Part shown: positions 56,452 through 64,000 of the stretch, piece by piece
How the letters are laid out: each line of letters starts with the position of its first letter
Position numbering within the stretch: the stretch's first letter is position 1
Assembly (NCBI GenBank): GCA_045106895.1
Contig: JBGCFM010000172.1
Location: forward strand, 17,624-81,623
Direction: 5' to 3'
Length of the DNA stretch: 64,000 bases
Source: Polyangiales bacterium
GTDB taxonomy: Bacteria; Myxococcota_A; Polyangia; Polyangiales; Houyiibacteriaceae
The notes under the pieces: generated by a model
What the model was told of the DNA's origin: nothing
The model's input: only the letters and a program-made list of their open reading frames with translations
The model's database searches: none
Program-made: the position numbers and the translations under genes

Positions 56452-56532
56452 CCGCCTTGCTTTTGCGCTTTGTTCTCGCCACGTCAACCCTTTGCGGTAC
56501 GGGGGTTGGGCTTTGTGGTACACATGGGGGCG

Positions 56533-56994
56533 ATGGCTCCGACGTGGCGAAATAAACTCTATGAGGCCCTCGACGTCGACAACACCGCCGGAGATGAGGC
56601 CTTTTTGGCGTCTCTTGGGCCCATCGACGAGCTGGAGGCGCTGGCGGCGCTAGTCCGGCACCATATGCCGCCAGAGCAGCTTGAGGAACTAGGCGATCTA
56701 CTTGAGGTGCCCGGAGGCGAACGTCTCTATCACCGGCTACTCGTTCTCTCCGTGGCTCCACCGACGGAAGACCACGGGACCTTCGAGGCGGCTGGCGTCA
56801 AAAAGCCACCAGGTAGGGACGTCCGCTATCTCACGATGCTGAGAGACTACGCCAAGAAGGGCGATGCCGAGCGATACTGGTACTACGGTGACGGCGAGCT
56901 GCGTTCCGCGTCCACCGCCGGCGGTGACCCCGTCATCGAGATCGACGACGTTGAGGCATACGTGAAAGCCCTCAACGACGCTCTCCTCGAATAG
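56533..56994 (+). CDS. Hypothetical protein
   Basis: ORF filling the gap between divergent and convergent neighbours; GC-rich third positions; no recognised motif. Confidence 0.6.
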   Translation: MAPTWRNKLYEALDVDNTAGDEAFLASLGPIDELEALAALVRHHMPPEQLEELGDLLEVPGGERLYHRLLVLSVAPPTEDHGTFEAAGVKKPPGRDVRYLTMLRDYAKKGDAERYWYYGDGELRSASTAGGDPVIEIDDVEAYVKALNDALLE

Positions 56995-57080
56995 GTCTTC
57001 GTCCGCCTTTTCGCGCCGAGTGTGGATGCCGAGCCGCCGCGCAACGCAGAGCACGGCGGGCTGGGCGGAGAATCAGAGAA

Positions 57081-58100
57081 TCACTCGGTGCCGGGGCGAG
57101 GAGAGCGCCCAGCTCCCTGGAAGCGCATCCGAGGGCCGATGTTTCCGGCCACGTGGAACTGAAGCGCGTCGCCGTCCGGCGTCTTGGCGGCACGAACGCG
57201 CGGTTCTTGCTCCATCACCGTAAAGAGTCCCGCGTTTTCGGTTCGGTAAGCCTCGGTGATTCCAATGCGAAGCATCGCGTCCACGGTGGACGTGGCGATG
57301 GCGTTTCGGACCCGGACCGTACCCGTTCCGTCGAGCTCGATGTCGTCTCCTCGCCCTTCGAGCTTTGTCACCGTGGCGGTTCCTTCGGCGAGGTTGAGTT
57401 CCAGATCGACGTCGCCGAAGCTCGTCTCGGGAAACGTTAAGCCGGCGCGTGTGAACGCGTTTGTGTCCATTCGGATCTTCGCCACGCCATCGCCGAGTAC
57501 CATGTCTTCAATGTGTAGCTCGACCTCGCCCGCGGACGCTGCGCGGTCTTCGGGGAGACTCGCTGTGATGTGACCGGTGACCTGGCCAACCAAAGGGAGG
57601 CCGCCGGTGAACTGACGGATAAAGCCGATGCGGCGGCTTCGCACGCCGTCGATGTGAACGTCGAGGGCGATGTCATTTCCGCTTTGCTCGAACTCCCCTT
57701 CGATGTTTCCTCCGGCGACACGTGTGTCGAAGGTGGCGGCGATGTCGCCGACAAGGAGTGAAAGCAGGCTGACGCGGGCATGAATATGCTCGAAGGTAAC
57801 CTGTGCCGGAGGAGCCTCCGGGTCTTCGCTGGCTTTGCTGAGGCTCACCCCAGTCAGCTCGACGCCGGTGAACCACGAAGGCGCCAGGTCGACGATTTCA
57901 AGTTCGTAGCCGCTCGCTTCACGCTGTCCCGAGCGCGAGTTGAGTGGCATTTCGACTTCTTGGATGATGAAGTCCTTCACACGCTCGTAGGGAAAGGTCC
58001 AATACGTGAAGAGGACAAAGCACACGATGAAGAACATCGGGTAGCCAACGTAACGGCCGAGCTTTCGGCCAACCTTCGCGAGTTTTGTTTTTGCGCTCAT
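57081..58100 (-). CDS. gspN: Type II secretion protein N
   Basis: N-terminal TM with TFPYER motif, beta-rich body, located after gspM. Confidence 0.85.
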   Translation of the reverse strand: MSAKTKLAKVGRKLGRYVGYPMFFIVCFVLFTYWTFPYERVKDFIIQEVEMPLNSRSGQREASGYELEIVDLAPSWFTGVELTGVSLSKASEDPEAPPAQVTFEHIHARVSLLSLLVGDIAATFDTRVAGGNIEGEFEQSGNDIALDVHIDGVRSRRIGFIRQFTGGLPLVGQVTGHITASLPEDRAASAGEVELHIEDMVLGDGVAKIRMDTNAFTRAGLTFPETSFGDVDLELNLAEGTATVTKLEGRGDDIELDGTGTVRVRNAIATSTVDAMLRIGITEAYRTENAGLFTVMEQEPRVRAAKTPDGDALQFHVAGNIGPRMRFQGAGRSPRPGTE

Positions 58101-58711
58101 CGTGGTTCCGGCGGACCGGCCCTCCCGCGGGTGCTCATACTCTCGTCTCCATCGCGTTCGTCATCGCCTTCTTCGTCCTCCCGGGAGTACGTCACGATTC
58201 CAACCTGGACGTTGTAAGTGTCGCCGCTGCGGAAGTGCTCGAACTGGAGCCGCTCCAGTGCCACGGGGTAGCGACTGTTGACGATGGCGGTGAGCATTTT
58301 GACGACGGGGCGAAGGCCGACGTTGGGGAGGGTGGCTCGTGTGTTCCGTCGTCGAAACTCTCCGATGACCTTGGCCGGCTGCTCATTGACCTCACGCAAC
58401 GTGAGCTCCTGTTCGGAAGCGCGCGCTTCCATGAACGAGCCCAGCGGAGGAGCGGCAGTGCGGTACCGCGCCATCGAAGCTTCGCGCTCCGCTTCGCGCT
58501 GCGCTAGCTGTGGGCGAGCGCGTGCGATGTCACGAAGAACATTGGAGATTCCTTCATTCTCAGTCGAGATCTCCGAGATGGATGAGCTGATTAGGTAGAG
58601 AGGTAGAAATACGACAAGGCCGACGAAGACGATGCCCATCGCTCCGAGGAGCTTTCGCTCTCGGTCGTTGAGGTTCGCTAGGGCCCCTTGAATGCGATCA
58701 GTTATTGCCAC
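58097..58711 (-). CDS. gspM: Type II secretion protein M
   Basis: LNDRERKLL followed by a TM helix and a coiled coil; operon position. Confidence 0.8.
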   Translation of the reverse strand: MAITDRIQGALANLNDRERKLLGAMGIVFVGLVVFLPLYLISSSISEISTENEGISNVLRDIARARPQLAQREAEREASMARYRTAAPPLGSFMEARASEQELTLREVNEQPAKVIGEFRRRNTRATLPNVGLRPVVKMLTAIVNSRYPVALERLQFEHFRSGDTYNVQVGIVTYSREDEEGDDERDGDESMSTRGRAGPPEPR

Positions 58712-60341
58712 GGTTCCTCCTTCGTCGGCTGCGGGAGTTTTCTTCTTCGGGCGGTTCGTCGCCGGGACATTGGATGTTCACTTCAAGTCGGTAGTTGAGC
58801 CCCTCGTTGTTTTGGCCCGGGGAGGTTGGCCCCTTTTCAAGGTCGCGAAAACACTCGTGGCTCTCAAGGTTTGCAGCGACGGTGTCGCGTTCGGCGATAC
58901 TCGCGACGGTTCCCTGGAGGTCGAAGCGCCCCTCTCGGGCTTCGTCATCGATCTCGATGGTGAGCCGGCGAGTCTTGTGGTCGATGTCTACTGGGATCGC
59001 TGCGGTAATCGCGTTGAGCACATCGTAGGCGTCCATCGTTGGCAGCGGGTCTTGGGTTTGCACACCACTTTGAAGGAGGCTCTCCGCCCGGGCTACGTTG
59101 GAGGTGCCCTCGCCGAAAATCGTCTCGGTGGTCTCTGTTAGCTGAGCGGCGAGTCGTTCGTTTTCGCTGCTGAGCACGGAGTAACGCGCGTACGTCGCAT
59201 AGATGAACGAGAACAAGATGGCGGCGACGCAGACGCTGATGACGCGGGCGTGCTGCCGGAGCTCGCCCATCGCGCGCTTTTGGGCGAACTCTCCTTGGCG
59301 GAGATCGATGCGTTTGCCTTTGAGCACGGAGCGTCCCGCAAGCGCAGCCGCGCGGGCAAAGCGCGCGCGTCCGAACTCTTCCGCCCCCGGCGCGCCGGGC
59401 ATGGGGAGTGGTTCGAAGGCGAGGCCCTCACCGAGTGGCGCGAGGAGTGGAGAGAGCTGTGCTGCGTAGGTGACGGCGTCACCGGCTAGGTAGGAAGACA
59501 CGGGGGTCGAGCCGCCTCCAGCACGATAGGCGCCGAGTGTTCGACGAAGCGTGGCGATGGCGCGCCTCTGAAGCCGCTCGTCGCCGAGTTCTGCGATGCC
59601 GAAAGCATGACTGCGGGCGAACGTGCATGCGCCATCTTCGAGGACGCAGACTTCGGTGTTGTCGCGTTCGATCTCTACGATGAGATGCGGGCCGCCGGTG
59701 GAGAGCTCCGGGACGAGCGCGGTGAGGCCGTCGAGTGCCGCGGCACCGACTGGCATTCCACGGGGGTCGACGCCGAGGCGCCGGAGTTCTTCGATTCGTG
59801 CGGCGACGCGCTCACGCGGGACCGCCGTCGCCATGACGCGGACCACGTCGTCGTTGCCGGAGATGGGCTGGTAGTCGACGATGGTGTCGTCCATGTCGAA
59901 GGGGACAAGGTCGTCGAGCTCAAAAGGCAGGACCTCCGCGAGGCGACCTTTCTTGGCAGCGCCTGCAGGCAGCTCCAAGGGGCGAACGGAGGCTTCCTTG
60001 CCGTCGAGACCGACGAAAATTTGGTCAGGCGGCGGCCGAATCATGCCGAAGAGCTCTGCGATGGCCTCGCGGCGCATGTCGATGACTTCTTTGGGGCTTG
60101 CGTCGTCTGTCGGGTCTGCGACCTCTGGAAGCGGAGAGCCCGGGATGGTCGGTTCTGCGGGGTCGAGTGCGAGTGCGCCGGCAGCGTGTGGAACTCCAGG
60201 CGCTTCCGGCGAGGCCGCGGCGTCTGGGCGACGCACCGGAACCTCGATGTAGCGGAGCGGTTCGACGCGACCAAAGGACGTCCTTACAAGAACGCCCCTG
60301 ACGATGTGGTCTTCAATATCTAGTCCGAGGACACGTGCCAT
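58698..60341 (-). CDS. gspL: Type II secretion protein L (PilM-like cytoplasmic domain + TM)
   Basis: LGLDI, LPFELDDLVPF, IDLRQGEFA then a TM helix; operon position. Confidence 0.85.
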   Translation of the reverse strand: MARVLGLDIEDHIVRGVLVRTSFGRVEPLRYIEVPVRRPDAAASPEAPGVPHAAGALALDPAEPTIPGSPLPEVADPTDDASPKEVIDMRREAIAELFGMIRPPPDQIFVGLDGKEASVRPLELPAGAAKKGRLAEVLPFELDDLVPFDMDDTIVDYQPISGNDDVVRVMATAVPRERVAARIEELRRLGVDPRGMPVGAAALDGLTALVPELSTGGPHLIVEIERDNTEVCVLEDGACTFARSHAFGIAELGDERLQRRAIATLRRTLGAYRAGGGSTPVSSYLAGDAVTYAAQLSPLLAPLGEGLAFEPLPMPGAPGAEEFGRARFARAAALAGRSVLKGKRIDLRQGEFAQKRAMGELRQHARVISVCVAAILFSFIYATYARYSVLSSENERLAAQLTETTETIFGEGTSNVARAESLLQSGVQTQDPLPTMDAYDVLNAITAAIPVDIDHKTRRLTIEIDDEAREGRFDLQGTVASIAERDTVAANLESHECFRDLEKGPTSPGQNNEGLNYRLEVNIQCPGDEPPEEENSRSRRRRNRGNN

Positions 60342-60356
60342 GATGATCTGCTCTGT

Positions 60357-61829
60357 TTACTCAACGCGGTAGTAGTGGAAGACCCCTAGACCCGGCATAC
60401 CACCGGTGTTCGGCGGGGGCGGGGACCAGAGTTCGTGAAAGTTGACGACGGTCTTGAGTCGGACGCGTCCGCGCCACTCGGCGCACGGGCTGTTTGGGTC
60501 ATCCTCGACTTCGCGTTCGCGGCAGCCTGCTCTTCCCGTGACATCGATGGTGAGGATTCGAGCCGCCGTGACGAACATGCGATCGATCTCTTGGCGTTTG
60601 TCGGCGGGAATGGTGATCGGGGTGAAGATGAGCGGCGACTCGGGGCCGAGGTAGCCCAGGAGCATGGGGTAGAGGTCGCGCGGGCCGCCGCCACCTTCGA
60701 GGAAGGTGAGGAAGTCGCTGACGCGGGTGAAGAACGGAATCGGAATGAGCGAGCGGACGGTGCTGAGAAGCTGAACGAACTTCTGCGCTTCGAGGGGGTT
60801 GGCGCAGAGCGGTTGGTCCGTGAGGAACGAACACACGCGGGCGAGCAGAACTTCCGGCGGTGACTCATTGGGGTTCACGGCGCCGCTGCCGTAGATGGTG
60901 ACGATGCGTGCCGTGGGGTCGTTGGGGTTCGGTTCCACGAAGGTGGCCCAGAAGTCGTCGCCGACGCCGCGGACGAGGCGCGCCTCTTCCAGCGAGTCGA
61001 AGGGCGCGTTTCGTGCGCGGTAGGGGTCGTCGAGGCGGGTGTAAACGTCGTCTTCCGTACCCGAGTTGCTGATCTCGGCGCGGCCCGGATCGAAGACCGT
61101 GCGGTCCTGGTCGTAGTCCCACCAATCGACGATGGCGCCGACGACGTCGAGGCGGGAGGTGTTGTTTCCGTCGCGGTCTAGACCCGAGAAGAGCGGGTCG
61201 TAGGGGCTCTGAACCTGGTACCCGCCCATCATCGCAAAGAGCTGCATGGAGATGCTTCGCCGGGCTTCGTCGCCGGAGTAGTTGAGCGGCAGGTTGATGT
61301 TGATCTTCGCGTTCTCGGCGAAGGAGACGATTTCGCACATCGAGTCCGTCTCGCCGAGCCCATCGGCGCTACGGAAGTCGAAGCCGGTGTTCAATGACTG
61401 AACGGCTTCGTAGTCACAAAAGGGTTTGAGGAGGTCGTCGGCCATGGCCCAGATAGGAAGCATCGGCGGCGGGCGTCCAAGAAGGGACTGGTACATCGGC
61501 GCGACGACCTGACGAATCGCCGGCTCCTGGGCGACGAGGAGACGCGTTAGGTTCAGGCCGCTCTTGGCCATGTATTCCGCGCGAAGGTTGTCGCGGCGGT
61601 TCATCGCGATGGCGTAGCTGGTGCTCGTCGCTTCGTGGATGTCGGCGACGACGATGGAGAGCATGGTGATCATCGTGACGGCCATGATCAGGGCGACGGC
61701 GCTCCGCGAAGCGCCTTGGCGCTGAGGCGTCAGGCGCGCCTCGCGAGCAGGGTGCCGGCTTGGCAGAGCGCTTGCGCGCCGAGTTGGGCGACGCTTCATC
61801 AGCCGGCTCTTGATGAGTGGAGCGCTCAT
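60357..61829 (-). CDS. gspK: Type II secretion minor pseudopilin K
   Basis: VALIMAVTMITML helix, ENAKININ, IVDWWD, NAPFDSLEE and VNPN motifs; start at ATG 61829. Confidence 0.88.
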   Translation of the reverse strand: MSAPLIKSRLMKRRPTRRASALPSRHPAREARLTPQRQGASRSAVALIMAVTMITMLSIVVADIHEATSTSYAIAMNRRDNLRAEYMAKSGLNLTRLLVAQEPAIRQVVAPMYQSLLGRPPPMLPIWAMADDLLKPFCDYEAVQSLNTGFDFRSADGLGETDSMCEIVSFAENAKININLPLNYSGDEARRSISMQLFAMMGGYQVQSPYDPLFSGLDRDGNNTSRLDVVGAIVDWWDYDQDRTVFDPGRAEISNSGTEDDVYTRLDDPYRARNAPFDSLEEARLVRGVGDDFWATFVEPNPNDPTARIVTIYGSGAVNPNESPPEVLLARVCSFLTDQPLCANPLEAQKFVQLLSTVRSLIPIPFFTRVSDFLTFLEGGGGPRDLYPMLLGYLGPESPLIFTPITIPADKRQEIDRMFVTAARILTIDVTGRAGCREREVEDDPNSPCAEWRGRVRLKTVVNFHELWSPPPPNTGGMPGLGVFHYYRVE

Positions 61830-62539
61830 CGAATGTACGTCGCGTGGTTGAGGGCGTAGCGGATCGGGAGTTCGATCCGCGTGGCCAAGGTCATCGGGCG
61901 ACCCGTGTCCGGGTGGTTGGTGACTATGCGAATCTTGATCTGTGCGGGCAAGCGGTTGGGCTGGCCGGCGGCCTGCACAGTGCTCCATGTTCGAAGCCAC
62001 TGCCCGGTGAGGTGGTCGAGGTACTCAACGTCGAACTCTTCGACGTCGTTCAGGAGTATCTCGATGCGTCCGCCTTGTTCGGGCCGGTCATCGATGCGCA
62101 CGGCTTCGCGACGAGCAAGAATCTGCACGTCCGAATCCGTCGGGTGGTCAGTGACGAAGTAAGAGAGCTCGTTTTGATCCGACTCGTGTGCGTCGCGGTA
62201 GAGACGCTGATGCGAGAAGGACGTAAAGTTGATGCGGTCGCGGTCGCCGTGGTCGATGCCGTCGAAGATGGTCTGAACCACCTGCAGAGACTGATTCGGG
62301 TTCAGGTGAGTGCTAACGAAAGCCTGGCTGAGTTCCCGGGCCATACGCTCCACCGCGGAGGTGACCTCTTGGTTTCGGTCGAGTCCCGCCGTCACACGCG
62401 TTCGCGTGGCGATGGTCTGCGTGAAGCCGCCCCAAATAACGGCGGAGATCATCCCCATGATCGCCACGGCGATCATCACTTCGATGAGGGTCATGCCCTC
62501 ACTTCGATAAGCGCTTCTATATGTCTTCCGGCGCATCAT
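61826..62539 (-). CDS. gspJ: Type II secretion minor pseudopilin J
   Basis: Prepilin site G/MTLIEVMIA; W...W...LPAQIKI C-terminal pattern. Confidence 0.85.
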   Translation of the reverse strand: MMRRKTYRSAYRSEGMTLIEVMIAVAIMGMISAVIWGGFTQTIATRTRVTAGLDRNQEVTSAVERMARELSQAFVSTHLNPNQSLQVVQTIFDGIDHGDRDRINFTSFSHQRLYRDAHESDQNELSYFVTDHPTDSDVQILARREAVRIDDRPEQGGRIEILLNDVEEFDVEYLDHLTGQWLRTWSTVQAAGQPNRLPAQIKIRIVTNHPDTGRPMTLATRIELPIRYALNHATYIR

Positions 62540-63162
62540 GGGTTCGGGGGCGCATTCGGGTCGGGGGGAGCTTGGGGCGCGACAAGGTACTGAACGACGT
62601 CGAAGCCGCCGGGGCGACTCGCGCCTTCAAACTCCCACTTGACCGTGACCGTGGCGCGCCGGACCTGTTCTTCGATGGCGGGCTTCATCACTGGAAACGC
62701 GATGCTAATGGCCATCTCCGCGAATCCACCGCCACCCATTCCGCCGCCGCCGAGGGCCGAGTCGAGGGCACCGGTCTGGGCGCCTTCATCACCGGCGAGT
62801 TCGTCGAGCTGACCGCCGGCGCCTTCTTCGAGGAAACCTTCCGGCAGAACGACACGGTCGATGCTCCACTCGCACGTGAACCCCTCGACCTCGGCGTCTT
62901 CGCAGCAGCCGTCGCTCCCGGAGTCGTCGATGGCGGGCAGCCCTTCGTTCATCACCTGCTCTTCGATTTCGCCCATCTTGCAGCGCGCCAGGAGCGCCGC
63001 TGTGTTCGAGTTTCGTGCGTAGGCAGCGGTGTAGATGGACTGGACTTCGCTTGAGAAAATAGCCGACAAGCCTACGCCGAGAATCGCGATGGCGATCATG
63101 ACCTCGATGAGCGTGAACGCCGCGTGCTTGGAAAACGGTGTGCTGCGTGGGCGATGCATCAT
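62536..63162 (-). CDS. gspI: Type II secretion minor pseudopilin I
   Basis: Prepilin site A/FTLIEVMIAIAIL; VRRATVTVKW. Confidence 0.82.
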   Translation of the reverse strand: MMHRPRSTPFSKHAAFTLIEVMIAIAILGVGLSAIFSSEVQSIYTAAYARNSNTAALLARCKMGEIEEQVMNEGLPAIDDSGSDGCCEDAEVEGFTCEWSIDRVVLPEGFLEEGAGGQLDELAGDEGAQTGALDSALGGGGMGGGGFAEMAISIAFPVMKPAIEEQVRRATVTVKWEFEGASRPGGFDVVQYLVAPQAPPDPNAPPNP

Positions 63163-63887
63163 CCCGGGTCCCGAATCTCAAGAGCCTCAAGGTCGCTCTC
63201 GTCACGCGCGTAGGAAAAGATCTCGGCTCGACCCGTGAGGGCATCTATCTGCACGGAGTAGATGACCTCGTCTTCGTTGGTGAGCTGAACGATGGCGGTT
63301 TCAGTTCGCCCGCTGGGGAAGAAGTAGATGTAGCCCTTGCCGTCCACACGCGCTTCGCGCTCATGGGGAGTGATGAGTAAGTTGAGCTCGACGCCATCGA
63401 GGGGTCGCGGCCGAAAACGGTCGATGGGGGTGACGGTGACGACGGGCTCGCCGTCGGCGCCGGTCTCACGCTCCTCGTTGCCCACGGTGCTGAAGGACGC
63501 GCGCCCGAGGTTCGCCTGCATGGTGTCGTCGAGGCTCGCTTGAGCCGCGGCCCAAGGGTCGCGGGAACCGTCGTCGTCCACCTCTTCATCCACGTCGTCA
63601 TCGGCGTCAGGGTCGGCGAGGATGACCTGACCTTGCGCTTCCTCGATGCCGATGGTGTTCGCGTCAAAGTCCAGGGCGATTCGCACGGTTTTTCCGTGCG
63701 TGACCGCGCGGTGGTAGGCGAAGCGAGAGGCTGAGCTGATGGTCATCGCAGCGGCGCGCATGTTTGTGCGGGCGATGGCGCCAAGGCCGGTGGAGGCGCC
63801 GACGACGAGAAGCGCACCGATGACAATGACGAGCATCACCTCGATGAGCGTCATCCCTTCGCGCTGTGCCTTCCGGCGGTGCAGCAC
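63159..63887 (-). CDS. gspH: Type II secretion minor pseudopilin H
   Basis: Prepilin site G/MTLIEVMLV; YFFPSG and TGRA motifs. Start uncertain (63887, 63914 or 63974). Confidence 0.82.
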   Translation of the reverse strand: MLHRRKAQREGMTLIEVMLVIVIGALLVVGASTGLGAIARTNMRAAAMTISSASRFAYHRAVTHGKTVRIALDFDANTIGIEEAQGQVILADPDADDDVDEEVDDDGSRDPWAAAQASLDDTMQANLGRASFSTVGNEERETGADGEPVVTVTPIDRFRPRPLDGVELNLLITPHEREARVDGKGYIYFFPSGRTETAIVQLTNEDEVIYSVQIDALTGRAEIFSYARDESDLEALEIRDPG

Positions 63888-63973
63888 TGTGAGCCCTCGC
63901 TGCTCAACGCGCACGTCTGCCTGGCCGCGTTTTGCGCGGTGGGTGGACGTTGGCGATGATGCGAGGACCGGCA

Positions 63974-64000
63974 CTACTGAATGTCGTCGTCGTTGCCGAA
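63974..64000 (-). CDS. gspG: 3' end of the major pseudopilin G (partial)
   Basis: Minus strand reads FGNDDDIQ-stop, like the GspG C-terminal GxxDDI, directly upstream of gspH. Confidence 0.6.
   Translation of the reverse strand, partial: FGNDDDIQ

Noticed and set aside
57081..64000. Pilin-like genes as a novel pilus system
   Set aside because: Order G-H-I-J-K-L-M-N and the motifs match a conventional type II secretion operon.
1..64000. tRNA, rRNA, CRISPR, IS or prophage content
   Set aside because: None recognised by eye: intergenic gaps are short and no transposase, integrase, cas or phage genes were seen. Small structured RNAs cannot be excluded without a covariance-model search.

Overview
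A GC-rich, gene-dense 64 kb stretch of bacterial chromosome. Its content (a giant TPR protein, Cys-rich repeat lipoproteins, FHA- and STAND-type sigma54 activators, a sigma32-family factor, a gspN-containing type II secretion operon) points to Myxococcota, probably a Polyangiales/Sandaracinaceae-like lineage; this is an inference. About 57 CDSs are supported. Housekeeping and metabolic genes include lipB-lpdA-E1alpha, fadN-fadA, trmL, mtnA, rsmI, an aryl-CoA ligase and a GMC oxidoreductase operon. There are many signalling genes and the 3' part of a T2SS operon (gspG end through gspN). I saw no rRNA, tRNA, CRISPR array or mobile element. Best candidate for an undescribed system, at 30921-38216: a hybrid kinase, an FHA-sigma54 activator and a sigma54 promoter precede a 1272-aa STAND-ATPase/TPR/sigma54 activator that is translationally coupled to an exported lipoprotein with three PQ(T/P)N repeats, a layout reminiscent of peptide quorum sensing. 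Other notable items: an FHA/zinc-ribbon/TM/transglutaminase protein, an M48 peptidase-dynamin pair, a 46-aa ribosomal-protein-like basic ORF with its own terminator, an AMMECR1-like lipoprotein, a double M23 protein with one degenerate domain, and a recurrent leaderless-promoter signature. All product calls come from motifs recognised by eye; no database search was run. Some start codons were adjusted from the ORF track and remain provisional.
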